Assembly (NCBI GenBank): GCA_038087875.1
Contig: CM075998.1
Span: 3,970,001 to 4,034,000, forward strand
Direction of reading: 5' to 3'
Source of the DNA: Malacoraja senta
Taxonomy: Eukaryota
DNA: 64,000 nucleotides
In this document: piece by piece, positions 12,985 through 25,498 of the stretch
Numbering within the stretch: position 1 is the first letter of the stretch
How the letters are laid out: every line of letters begins with the position of its first letter
Translations under genes and position numbers: made by a program
The notes under the pieces: generated by a model
Databases searched by the model: none
What the model saw: the letters and a program-made list of their open reading frames with translations, nothing else
Told to the model about the DNA's origin: nothing

Positions 12985-13740
12985 TCAGAATCATAATCAT
13001 ACTTTATTAGCCAAGTATGTTTTGCAACATACGAGGAAATTTCATTTGCCATACAGTCATCATACCAATAAAAAGCAACAAAACACACAAAATATATTTT
13101 AACATAAACATCCACCACAGTGACTCCTCCACATTCCTCACTGTGATGGAACGCGAAAAAAGTTCAATCTCTTCCCTTCTTTGTCCTCCGGCGGTCGGGG
13201 GCCTCGAGCCTTCCGTTGACGGGTGATCTTGTCTCCCGTAGCCGGCCGTTGGGCCCTCTGCATCGGGGGGGGGGGGGAAATCTCAGCTCCCCTGCGCCGG
13301 GCGATCGGACCCCAGGTCGGGGATGGTCGAAACCTTCTGCGTCATTTGGACCTCCCGACAATCGGTCTCTACTCGAGACTGCGAGCTCCTCGATGGTGAA
13401 ATCCGCAGGCCGTGGTTGGAGCGTCGATCCCAGACAAGGGATCGGCTCCGATGGTAAGTCCACGTCCCCACGGTGGGGCTCTAAGTCAGTCCCGAGCGAG
13501 GCCTCCAGCTCCACGATGTTAGGCCGCAGAGCGACCGGAGATACGACCCGGAAAACAATCGCATCTCCGGCAAGGTAGGAGACTGAAAAAAAGTTTCCCC
13601 CGAACCCCCTCCCCCGTCCCCCACATAAAACAAACCAGAGAACATTAACGCAAACTTTTAAAACACTAAAATAAAAATAAAAAGACGAAAAGGACAGACA
13701 GACTGTTGGCGAGGCTGCCATCGAAGCGCCACCCGGTGGT
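12985..13740 (-). mobile_element. Non-autonomous retroposon with GC-rich body and Rex1-like tail
   Basis: Minus strand ends GGCTAATAAAGTATGATTATGATTCTGA; CpG-rich body; a related 3' segment occurs at ~55190-55333. Confidence 0.55.
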
Positions 13741-13914
13741 AATATATCCATCTTATCCCCTTGGGACAAGATCGGACTTTTCACAGACTTGGAAGATGCA
13801 AGATGGCTCTGGAAAGAGTTGACTCTCTGTATGCTGTTCCAGAAGAGGAGCTAATGTACTAATTTGTAGTATGATTGGACTGGAGAGCATGCACAACAAG
13901 CATTTCACTGAAGA

Positions 13915-14333
13915 TGGACACAAAATGCTGGAGTAACTCAGCGGGTCAGGCACCATCTCTGGACAGAAGGAATCGGTGACGTTTCGGGTCGAGACCCTTC
14001 ATCAGACTGGGAGTTGGGGGGGAGGGGAACGAGAGGTATCAAAAGGTACAGAGCCGGCACTGATGACCAAGGAAAGGCAGAGCCCACAATGGTCCATTGT
14101 TGGCTGTGGAAGAGGTGATAACGAAGGGATACGAAAAGCGAAACTGGCAGGACGACAGTGAAAACACACGTGGCTGTGGTCGTGCGTCTGGGTTCAAACG
14201 TGGTCGTTGAGCCGGAGAGCGGGAGGAATCAGAGGGGGAGCAGCGAGAGAGGGTGTTGCAGAACCCTCGTCGGGGAGAGGAGGTGGCGAACTTCTTCAAA
14301 GTAGGCAAACCTTGAGGAAATTTCGCAGTGGTC
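13915..14333 (-). mobile_element. Penelope-like internally deleted element
   Basis: Terminal repeat with hammerhead core CUGAUGA...GAAACGUC at 13976-14007; 3' region similar to 2700-2880. The 14166-14333 part is assigned by resemblance only. Confidence 0.6.
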
Positions 14334-14689
14334 TCTGTGTGTAGGGAGTGGATGAGAAAGTGGGATAACATACAACTAGTGTGAACGGGTGATCGATGGT
14401 CGGCATGGACTCGGTGGGGCCGAAGGGCCTGTGTCTATGCTGTATGAGCCTGGCCATAAATAAACTAACTATCGACGACCTAGTCATCAAGCAACAGCTG
14501 CTGGTAGTCTATACTACTCCAGGGTTCAGAATAATACGTTAACATCTGATAGTTCCCAACAATATTTATGAAGAGTGTCCAGAATCGGGGAGATAAAGTC
14601 GCTGCCAAGAAATCTCAAGGGAGTTAAATACTCACATAGGTCAAAAGATAATTGGAAAAATTATTGAAACTTGAAGTTTTAAGATTGTT

Positions 14690-15457
14690 ACGGGTTTGGA
14701 CACGCTAGAGGCAGGAAACATGTTCCCGATGTTGGGGGAGTCCAGAACCAGGGGCCACACACACACAGTTTAAGAATAAGGGGTAAGCCATTTAGAACGG
14801 AGACGAGGAAACACTTTTTCTCACAGAGAGTGGTGAGTCTGTGGAATTCTCTGCCTCAGAGGGCGGTGGAGGCCGGTTCTCTGGATGCTTTCAAGAGAGA
14901 GCTAGATAGGGCTCTTAAAAACAGCGGAGTCAGGGGATATGGGGAGAATGCAGGAACGGGGTACTGATTGGGGATGATCAGCCATGATCACATTGAATGG
15001 CGGTGCTGGCTCGAAGGGCCGAATGGCCTACTCCTGCACCTATTGTCTATATTGTCTAAAACAAATCGCAGTGCTAACCAACAGGGAATTGGCTATTCAA
15101 GAAGGGAGGGAGACAGAAAGTTATATCTTCAAAAGTTCATGTCATAGGAGCAGAATTAGGCCGTTCGGCCCATCGAGTCATTCAAAATGGCTGACCTATC
15201 TCTCCCTCTCAACGCCATTCTCCTGCCTTCTCCCCATAACCCCTGACACCCGTACTAATCAAGAAGAACCTATCAATCTCCACCATTGACTTGGCCTCCA
15301 CAGCCGTCAGCAGCAATGAATTCCACGGATTCACCACCCTCTGGACTAAAGAAATTCCTCCGCGTCTCCCTCCGAAAGGTATGTCCTTTAATTCTGAGGC
15401 TGTGCCCTCTGGTCCTAGACTCTCCCACTAGTGGAAGCATCCTCTCCACATCCACTT
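14690..15457. mobile_element. Two CR1 3' fragments (+ 14690-15057, - ~15135-15457)
   Basis: CR1 ORF2 end and (TATTGTC)n tail; ORF 15273-15518. Confidence 0.85.
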
Positions 15458-15761
15458 GATATGCGACATCTCTCATTGGGGAATTGCTGGAAACAATTAT
15501 TAAGCAGCAATTAAACAATTATTCCCCTACCTTGGGTAAAAGACTCTGTGCGTCTACGCTATCTATTCCCCACCTACAAAGAGGAAACCAGTAGATGTTT
15601 AGAACCAACAGATGGGGGCAATCTTGTGTAGTCGCACAGAGTCTTTTACCCAAGGTAGGGGAATCAAGAACCAGAGGACATAGGTTTAAGGTGGGAAGGG
15701 GAAAGAGAGTTTTTTTCACACAGAGGGTGGTGGGTATATGGACCGATCTGCCAGAGGAGCT

Positions 15762-16070
15762 AGTTTACTTTAGAGATTCAGCGTGGAAACAGGCCCTTCG
15801 GCCCACCAAGTCCGCGTCGACCAGAGATCCCTGCACACTAACACTATCCTACACACACTAGGGACAATTTACATTGATACCAAGCCAATTAACCTACAAA
15901 CCTGCACGTCTTTGGAGTGTGGGAGGAAACCGAAGATCTCGGAGAAAACCCACGCGTGTCACGGGGAGAACGTACAAAACTCCGTCCAGACAGCGCCCGT
16001 AGTCAGGATCGAACCCGGGTCTCTGGCGCTGCAAGTGCTGTAAGGCAGCAACTCTACCGCTGCACCACCA
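15762..16070 (-). mobile_element. HE1-type SINE
   Basis: Family match including the B-box. Confidence 0.9.
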
Positions 16071-17026
16071 TGAAGCAGGTACTATGAACCAGAGCATGGA
16101 GGGAGTGCAGGCATGTTTACCAGAGGGTGGTGGTGAGTCTGTGGGATTCTCTGCCTCAGAGGGCGGTGGAGGCAGGTTCTCTGGATGCTTTCAAGAGAGA
16201 GCCAGATATAGCTCTTAAAAATAGCGGAGTCAGGGGATATGGGGAGAAGGCAGGAACGGGGTACTGATTGGGGATGATCAGCCATGATCACATTGAATGG
16301 CGGTGCTGGCTCGAAGGGACAAATGGCCTACTCCTGCACCTATTGTCTATTGTCTATTGTAACCAGGCATAGAGTGACAAGGAATAACTGTACTGGACTG
16401 GGATAGTACTCCATTAAAAAGTTAACAGCATAGAAACAGGCCCATTTGGCTCACGAGGTACATGCGCTCCATCAGGCACCCATCTATACTAATCCAACTC
16501 ACCATCACTTGGTGGATAGCCTTGGCGATTCAAGCACAGATTGAGAATTTGCTAAAGGACATCGTCCACAACTCTCTGGATGGTCCCAGTGATCGGGAGT
16601 TTGCGGATGTAACCCCAACTACTCAGGAAGGGATGGAAATTGGCTCGTGGTCAGTCACGATGAAAACGTGGAATCCAGTATTAAGGACTTTGCAGCCGGT
16701 CATATAGAGAGTCAGAATATAATTAGGCTGAGTTAATGCGGTTTTCACAAGAGAGGGACCTGTGGGACTGGGGTAATATATGAACATAGGAAGAGAATTG
16801 ATTAAAGGAAAGAAAGCAGCGTGTAAGAATAAATGTCATTGTCGACTGCCACAAGCGGGTGCCACAATCACTGCTGCAGCCTTGACGTTTCATAATTTAT
16901 ATTAATGAAGGGACTAAGTTTAATGATTCAGGTTGGTGGTAGACAGAGTATAAAGCTGAGATCTGTGACGTTATCCACTTGAGCAGGAAGAATAGACTAT
17001 TTTTTCAACAATGAGAAACTATTCAA

Positions 17027-17504
17027 GGATAGACACAAAAAGCTGGAGTAACTCAGCGGGACAGGCAGCATCTCTGGGGAGAAGGAATGGGTGACGTTGT
17101 GGGTCGAGACCCTTCTTCAGACTGGTTAGAGATAAGGGAAATGGGAGATATAGACGGTGATGTAGCGAGATAAAGAACAATGAATGAAAGATATGCAAAA
17201 AAGTAACGATGGTAAAGGAAACAGGCCGTTGTTAGCTGTTTGTTGGGTGAAAATGAGAAGCTGGTGTGACTTGGGTGGGGGAGGGATAGAGAGAGAGGGG
17301 TTACTTGAAGTTAGAGAAATCAATATTCATACCACTGGGCTGTAAGCTGCCCAAGCGAAATATGAGATGCTGTTCCTCCAATTTGCTTTTAGCCTCACTC
17401 TGACAATGGAGGAGGCCGAGGACAGAAAGGTCAGTGTGGGAATGGGAAGGAGAATTAAAGTGTTTGGCAACCGGGAGATCAGGTTGGTTCAGGCGGACTG
17501 AGCA
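17027..17504 (-). mobile_element. Penelope-like element 3' end (GIY-YIG endonuclease C-terminus plus terminal repeat) with 11-bp TSD
   Basis: 17501-17301 reads SVRLNQPDLPVAKHFNSPSHSHTDLSVLGLLHCQSEAKSKLEEQHLIFRLGSLQPSGMNIDFSNFK*. Flanked by AAACTATTCAA at 17016-17026 and 17505-17515. Confidence 0.9.
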
Positions 17505-17532
17505 AAACTATTCAATGTTTCCCTTCAGATAC

Positions 17533-18510
17533 ATAGACAATAGACAATAAGTGCAGGAGTAGGCCATTCGGCCCTACGAGCCAGCACCGCCATTCAATGT
17601 GATCATGGCTGATCATCCATAATCTGTACCCCGTTCCTGCCTTCTCCCCATATCCCTTGATTCCGCTAACCCTAAGAGCTCTATATAACTCTCTTTTGAA
17701 TGCATCCAGAGAATCGGCCTCCACTGCCTTCTGAGGCAGAGAATTCCACAAATTCACAACTCTGTGGGTGAAAAGGTTTTTCCTCATCTCAGTTCTAAAT
17801 GGCCTACCCCTTATTCTTAAACTGTGGCCCCCGGTTCTGGACTCCCCCAACATCGGGAACATGTTTCCTGCATCTAGTGTGTCCAATCCCTTAATAATTT
17901 TATGTTTCTATAAGATATCCTCTCATCCTTCTAAATTCCAGTGAATACAAGCCCAGTCGCTCCATTCTTTCATCATATGACAGTCCTGCCATCCCGGGAA
18001 TTAACCTTGTAAACCTACGTGGCACTCCCTCAATAGCAAGAATGTCTTTCCTCAAATTAGGGGACCAAAACTGCACACAATACACCAGGTGTGGTCTCAC
18101 CAGGGCCCTGTACAACTGAGAAGGACCTCTTTGCTCCTATACTCAACTCCTCTCGTTATGAAGGCCAACATGACATTAGCATTCTTCACTGCCTGCTATA
18201 CCTGCATGCTTACTTTCAGTGACTGATGTACAAGGACACCCAGGTCTCGTCGTACTTACCCTTTTCCTAACCTGACACCATTCAGATAATAATCTGCCGT
18301 CCTGGTCTTGCCACCAAAGTGGATAACCTCACATTTATCCACATTAAACTGCATCTGCCATGCATCTGCCCACTCACCCAACCTGTCCAAGTCACCCTGC
18401 ATCCTCATTGCATCCTCTTCGCAGTTCACACTGCCACCCAGCTTTGTGTAATCTGCAAATTTGCTAATGTTACTTTTAATTCCTTCATCTAAATCATTAA
18501 TGTACATTGT
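17533..18510 (-). mobile_element. CR1 LINE, ~1 kb RT-to-3'-end fragment
   Basis: YINDLDEGIKSNISKFADYTKLGG...LDRLGEWADAWQMQFNVDKC; YRALVRPHLVYCVQFWSP; tail (TATTGTC)n. Confidence 0.95.
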
Positions 18511-18886
18511 AAATGCTCATCATATGTTAACCCAATCATCCCTGGGATCATTCTGGTAAACCTCTGAACCCTCTCCAGAGCCAGCACATCCTTCCTCAGA
18601 TATGGGGCCCACAATTGCTCACAGTACTCCAAATGTGGTTGCACTAGTGCCTTATAGAGCCTCAGCATTATATCCCTGTTTTTCTATTCTAGTCCTCTTG
18701 AAATAAATGCTAGCATTGCGTTTACATTGCAGATGCTGGATTGGAATTACAGATGCTGGAGATTGTCTGGGATCTCTGGGTATGTGTTAGAATGACCTGT
18801 CCCTCAATACGGCAGTAGTTTCTACATTTTGCTGCAAATGCCTTCATCTCCAGGCTGGCAACAGCCCAAGCCTCTGAAAGGGTGGG

Positions 18887-19167
18887 ACGGTGGCACAGTG
18901 GTAGAGTTGCTGCCTTTTTTACGTAGTTCGATCCCGACTACGGGAGCTGTCTGTACGGAGTTTGCACGTTCTCCCCGATACCCGCGTGGGTTTTCTCTGG
19001 GATCTTCTGTTACCTCCAACACTCCAAAGACGTGCAGGTTTGTCGGTTAATTGGCTTGGTAACATTGTAAATTGTCCCTAGTGCGTGCAGGTTAGTGTTC
19101 GTGTGCGGAAATTGCTGGTCTCCCTCGGTGGGCCGAAGGGCCTGTTTCCACGCTGTATCTCTGAACT
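18887..19167 (+). mobile_element. HE1-type SINE with internal deletion
   Basis: Family match. Confidence 0.85.
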
Positions 19168-19641
19168 ATAAGCCATTGCCACAGTCACCCTGGCAACGGC
19201 TGGCAGTGCTGATGTTGGCCTGCCCTGTGGTTGGCAGGAACAAGTGGCAACCCCACACAGTGCCAGTCGGGTAAGAGGGTTTCTTCTGGCCCGCCCCCTG
19301 GGGAGGTGAGTCCTCCTGCTGGGTGCCCATCCCCCTCCTCCTGCCCACCCCCACGCCCCTCTTCTCACGGTTTGTCCTTCCCTGCACATTCCCCGTCTCG
19401 TGTTGTATTCCTCGGGGAAGAGCAACAACGTTCCCACTTCTGGGAACAACTGGTCAGTGCAGGAGCTTTGAAGTCAACACGGGCCGTCACAGCACCTGCC
19501 CTGCCACTCTCGTCTGAAACTTGATGCAACTGCGGAAAGCAATAAAACGTTGTTACAGCAGCCAGGGGAAAGCAGACGGAAATTTACCCGCAAGGATCTG
19601 GTCGTTCCAGTTAATGCCCCGTGTGAGGGTCCTTCATCTTA

Positions 19642-19858
19642 AAGGCCTGTCCCACTTTCACGACCTAATTCACCACCTTTTTTACTCGTGGACATTTTTC
19701 ATCATGTTGAAAAAACGCCCGACCTACTTGACACCACGAGTACCTACGACTAGCATCACGGCCTACCTACGACCTCGTGATGACCATGCTGCGAGTACGA
19801 GTCAAGGGCAAACTCGGCAGAGGTCGTGAATTAGGTCGTGAAAGTGGGATGGGCCCTT
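19642..19858. mobile_element. MITE with ~35-bp TIRs, TA/TWA-flanked (superfamily uncertain, possibly PIF/Harbinger-like)
   Basis: AGGCCTGTCCCACTTTCACGACCTAATTCAC ... GTGAATTAGGTCGTGAAAGTGGGATGGGCCCTT. Confidence 0.8.
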
Positions 19859-21178
19859 TACGTAGCACCGTGCACAGCTGTCATAGAGTCATACAGTGAT
19901 ACAGCGTGGAAACAGGCCCTTCGGCCCATCTTGCCCACACCGGCCAACATGTCCCAGCTACATTAGTCCCACCTGCCCGCGTTTGGTCCATACCCCTCCA
20001 AACCTGTCCTATCCATGTACCTGTCTAACTGCTTCGTAAACATTGGGATAGTCCCAGCCTCAACTACCTCCTCTGGCAGCTTGTTCCATACACCCACCAC
20101 CCTCTGTGTGAAAAAGTTACCCCTCAGATTCCTGTTACATCTTTTCCCCTTCACCTTGAACCTATGTCCTCTGGTCCTCGATTCACCTGCAAGGGCACTG
20201 TATGTTTATGCTACAAAATGTCATCAACTGGAGCCAGATTAACACCGTCCGATTCTGTTCCCTGGCATCTCTAACCTTCAGCAGTGGCACAGTGGCGCAG
20301 GACCTGGTTTCGATCCTAACCTCAGGTGCTCTCTATGTGGGTTTTAGTTTAGTGACAGCATGGAAACAGGCCCTTCGGCCCACCGAGTCAGCGCTGACCC
20401 AAACACTAGCTCTATCCAACACACTCGGGACAATTTACAGAAGCCAATGGACCTACAAACCCGCATGACTTTGGGAAGTGGGAGGAAACCAGAGCGCCGG
20501 GAGGAAACCCACCCGGTCACAGGTGGAGCGTATGAACTCTGTGCAGACAGCGCCCGTAGTCGGCTTCGAACCCGGGTCTTTTGCCCTGTACGGCAGCAAC
20601 TCTACCACTGTGCCGCCCGAGACTGTACGTCCTCCCTGTGACAGTCGAGTCGTGAGTTACGCCACCATTTTGTGTCTACTTCCCCGTGACAGTGTGGGTT
20701 TCCTGCGCGTGTTCCCACATCACAAAGACGTGCGGGTTCGCAGGTTAACCGGCCCCTCTGTAAATTGCCCCTGGTGTGTAGGGAGTGGATGAGAAAGTGG
20801 GATAACATGGAACTAGTGTGAAGGGGTGATCGACGGTCGGCATGGACGCGGTGGACCGAAGGGCCCGTTTCCATGCTGCGTCTCTAAGCTGAACAATAAA
20901 GCTTTCTCATGCTGCATTGGTGTGCCAGCTTGTGTTACTTTCAGGATTAGAACCCAGAACCCTCGGAATCAGAAGCTGTGGATCCAGCAACAGAACCACA
21001 GCTGCCATGAATGTGCAAGGTCAGACAGGGGTGCCCTGCTGTCTATAAGTCATGAGATAACAAGGGCTTGGATGAGGGTTGGAGCAGCAGATGAGCTGGG
21101 TCATGCAGGAAGTCAAGAGATACTCCGGGGGGTGGAAGTAGGTGGTCATAGTGAATGGACAGGTCGTTGGTTGATATC

Positions 21179-21800
21179 TAATAACAATAATGCATTTTAT
21201 TTATGGGCGCCTTTCAGAACACTCAAGGACACCTTACAGTTAAAACAAGCAAATTATAAATATATAAATAAAATGAAACAAAAACAACATATCCATGAAT
21301 TTGATAAAAAAAGTGGAGTTACGTGGGATAGGGCCGTGTGGATAGGTGAGTTTTGAGGGAGGTGGGGAGAGACTCTATGATACGGATGGATGGTGGGAGA
21401 GAGTTCCAGAGGTGAGGGGCAGAACGGCTGAAGGCTCTGAACCCCATCGTGGACAGGCGGGCAGGGAGGAAGAAGAGGAACGGAGAGTTCGGGATGGAGT
21501 GTAAGGCTGGAGGAGTTCAGAGAGGTGTGGAGGAGTGAGATTGTGGAGGGCTTTGAAAGTGAGGAGGAGAATCTTAAAATCAACGCGGTATTGGACAGGG
21601 AGCCAGTGCGGTTGTTTGAGGATGGGGGTGATGCGTTCGGTTGATGGGGTGGGTTCTGGTGATAATGCGGGCAGCTGAGTTCTGGACCCATTGGAGTTTA
21701 TGGATGGACTTGTGGGGTAAACCAGAGAGGAGAGAGTTACAATAATCGACACGGGAGGTGACGAGGGCGTGGATGAGAGTAGCAGCGCTGTTAGGTGTGA
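21179..21800 (-). mobile_element. L2 LINE RT C-terminal fragment with 3' tail
   Basis: ATLIHALVTSRVDYCNSLLSGLP...KLQWVQNSAARII / ITPILKQPHWLPVQYRVDFKILLLTFKALHNL; tail ...GCGCCCATAAATAAAATGCATTATTGTTATT. Confidence 0.9.
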
Positions 21801-22249
21801 ATGGGGTCAAATAGGGCAGTTTCCAGGGTGAGGGGTGGAGTTGGTGACTTGGGAATGGAGTTTGTAACAGGTCTGAAGACAATAGACAATAGACAATAGG
21901 TGCAGGAACAGGCCATTTGGCCCTTCAATGTGATCATGGCTGATCATCCCCAATCAGTACCCCGTTCCTGCCTTCTCCCCATATCCCCTGACTCCGCTAT
22001 CTTTAAGAGCCCTATCTAGCTCTCTCTTGAAAGCATCCAGAGAACCAGCCTCCACCGCCCTCTGAGGCAGAGATTTCCACAGACAGTCATTTCAAGCTTT
22101 CCAATACGCAGTTTCAGGACCAGAACTTGGACAAGGAGTCTGGAAGTTCTCTGGGGTTCTCAGGGAGACAGTTAAGGGGTCAAGACTGGTACTGAGGTAG
22201 AGCTGGACACCGTGAGGCAGTGGGTGGGGAAAAAGTGCATTCAGGTACA

Positions 22250-22690
22250 TTCAGCCTCCCAAAGTGCAACACCGCACACTTGCTTGGGGTTCAACTCCAT
22301 CTGCCATTTCTGCAGCTGATCTATATCCCGCTGTGTCTTCTGGCAGCATTCCTCACTGTCTGCAACTCCTCCAGTTTCAGTGTCGTCAGCAAACTTACTC
22401 ACTAACCCGTCTACATTTACATCTAGGTCATTTATATATATATATCACAAACAGCAGAGGTCCCAGCACAGATCCCCGCGGAACTCCACTGGTCACAGAC
22501 CTCCAGCCAGAATATCTACCTTCAACCACAGCCCTCTGGCTTCTATCAATAAGCCAGTTCTGAATCCATACGACCGAGTTATCATGAATCCCGTACATCT
22601 TAAACTTTTGGATCGGCCGACCATTATCCAAAGCCTTACTGAAATCCACGTATACAACATCCACTGCCCTCCCTTCATCACCTCTTCAAA
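22250..22690 (-). mobile_element. Older CR1 RT fragment
   Basis: DVVYVDFSKALD...WIQNWL..RSQRAVVEG..SGWRSVTSGVPRGSVLGPLLFVIYI. Confidence 0.9.
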
Positions 22691-22707
22691 AAAACGGAAT
22701 CACTTGA

Positions 22708-22905
22708 AGCCCCTGTCCCACTTTCACGACCTAATTGGCGACCTCTGCCGAGTTTGCCTTTGACTCATACTCGCAGCATGGTCGCCACGAGGTCGTAGGA
22801 GGTCTTCGTAACTCTTCCTCATGCTCGTGAGTGGTCTCCGCGTACTCGTGGCCTCAAGTAGGTCGCGGCGTTTTTTCCAGCCTGATAAAAAATGTCCACG
22901 AGTGA
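22708..22905. mobile_element. Partial MITE of the same TA-flanked family
   Basis: AGCCCCTGTCCCACTTTCACGACCTAATT...; followed by a CR1 3' fragment (~22910-23200). Confidence 0.7.
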
Positions 22906-23506
22906 AAAAGATTGTTCCCGATGTTGGGGATGCAGGAAGATTGTTCCCGATGTTGGGGAAGTCCAGAACAAGGGGTCACAGTTTAAGGATAAGGGGGAAG
23001 TCTTTTAGGACCGAGATGAGAAAAACATTTTTCACACAGAGAGTGGTGAATCTGTGGAATTCTCTGCCACAGAAGGTAGTTGAGGCCAGTTCATTGGCTA
23101 TATTTAAGAGGGAGTTAGATGTGGCCCTTGTGGCTAAAGGGATCAGGGGGTATGGAGAGAAGGCAAAGGTACAGGATACTGAGTTGGATGATCAGCGGGG
23201 TAACTGACTGAGAATTAGTGGTGGGCGGTGGTAGTGAAGTTGACGTCCTGAGAGTGACCAGCTTTTTCAAGGCCCACAACGCCCTGGCACTCTCCTGAGT
23301 CTAGACATCCAACATGCTGGTTCGCTGTTGTCACCCAGATTGCAACGATGCTTTCACTAACTCCAGACCCGCATGAATGCAGGCTATGATCACCCCGATG
23401 GCAGCAGCTTGCTCAATGACCAGTTAACTCGGGCCTCTTCCACAGGCTTTGCCACTTCGAGACCATACCAACACAGTCAAGGAAAAACAGTCATTTTGAC
23501 GTTACT

Positions 23507-23806
23507 TTCAGTTTAGTTTAGAGATACAGTGCGGAAACAGGCCCTCCAGCCCATCAAGTCCACACTGACTAGCAATCCCCGCACATTAACATGATCACAA
23601 TTTACAATTTTACCAGGCCAATTAATCTACAAATCTGTACGTCTTTGGAGTGCGGGAGGAAACTGAACCTCCCAGGGAAAACCCACGCTGGTCACGGGGG
23701 GGGGGGGGGAACATACAAACTCCATACAGACAGCACCCATAGTCAGGATCGAACCCGGGTCTCTGGCGCTGTAAGGCAGCAACTCTACCGCTGCGCCACC
23801 GTGCCG
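23507..23806 (-). mobile_element. HE1-type SINE
   Basis: Family match. Confidence 0.9.
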
Positions 23807-25452
23807 CACAGTTGTTTGTGAACTGATCTTGACAGAGGTTTAGGGGCTAGTGGAATCAAGGGATATGGGGAGAAGGCAGGCACGGGCTACTGATTGTGGA
23901 TGATCAGCCATGATCACAATGAATGGCGGTGCTGGCTCGAAGGGCCAAATGGCCTCCTCCTGCACCTATTTTCCATGTTTCTAAGGCACACAGAAACGTT
24001 TAGGCTTAATTGCATTAGGTCTAAATGAATATTTAATATTGTGCCATCTAATGATAGTGGCTACACAAAATATCTGTCCCTGAATAAAATATAGAATAAA
24101 GCAAACAAAAACCCGCAGGTGCTGTAAATCTGAAATAAAATGGTGGGAATACCCAGCATGTCAGGAAGCATCTGTTGAGAAAGAAATGTACTTATTCCCT
24201 TATCATGTACACTGTAACACTACATACACTCGATTGTAATCATGCATTGTCTTTCTGCTGACTGGATAGCACGCAACAAAAACCTTTTACTGTACACATA
24301 ACTATAAACTAAACTGAACTTTCCTTACACATATTATATAAAATATAATGGTTTGTTATTCCCTTATATAAAACTTTCAAAATACAAGGATTATGCTTGG
24401 AAGTTTTTTAAATAATAGTTCAGATGCTATCTTTTTCATTTGCGCATGTTCCACCATTTACTTAGAGCTCTGTATAATGTGTATGTTTTTGATTAAAAGT
24501 TGTGGTTGTTTCCTGGCTGTGTGAATTCCTCATTGTAATTGGCCCACATCCATGTTGCTGGCACGAGGGATCCATTTAGATAGTATCGAAGAAACAGAAT
24601 AGATGAAGATAAGATATAACACAGGGACAAATAACACTAGTGGGAGTAGTTTAGAAACCTCCGAACATCAGTTACACCATTAGGAAGAGTATTACCCAAG
24701 ACTGGACACATCACATTAGTATGAATTGTTCAGAGGATGTGTTTTTGTATGCTTTTGAGGCAATTACCAGAAATAATATGTAGTTAAATCCACCAAGGAA
24801 TAGACTATTTTAGATCTTATATTTTGTAATGGGACAGGGTTAATTGTTCATCTCTTGGTAAAGAATTCCCTGGGGAACACAATATGATTAAACATCATAT
24901 TGAGTTTGATAGCCACAACTTTACATCTGAAACTAGATCTTCAACTTCATTAAATCCAATTACCTTTGTGTGTGAGAGGTGAATTGGCTAAGGTGGTAGT
25001 TTGGGAAATTAGGTTAAAAAGTTAAGACGGAAGATGAACAAATATTTAAATAAATATTTGGAGAAAATCTCACTAAAGTTACATTCCACTGGGAAATAAG
25101 AGCTCCAATAGAAAAGTGTACCAGACTCTGTCTGTACGGAGTTCGTACGTTCTCCCCGTGACCACGTGGGTTTTCTCCAGGCTCTGGTTTACTCCCACAC
25201 TCCAAAGGCGTACAGGTTTGTACGTTAATTGGCTTTGGTAAAGGTTTGGTAAATTGTCCCTAGTGTGTAGGATAGTGCTAGTGTAAGGGGATCGCTGGTC
25301 GGCGCGGACTAAGTGGGCCGAAGGGCCTGTTTCCGCACTGTATCTCCAAACTGAACTAAATATACAGGATGGAAACAGGTCCTTCGGCCCAACTTGTCCA
25401 TGGCGATCAAGATGCTCCATCTAAGCTATTCCCACCTGGCCGCATTTGGTCG

Positions 25453-25487
<35 letters not shown>

Positions 25488-25498
25488 GTATCTATCTA

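Noticed and set aside
13164..13784. 206-aa minus-strand ORF
   Set aside because: Lies inside a GC-rich repeat, has no recognisable domain, and open frames are expected at this GC content.
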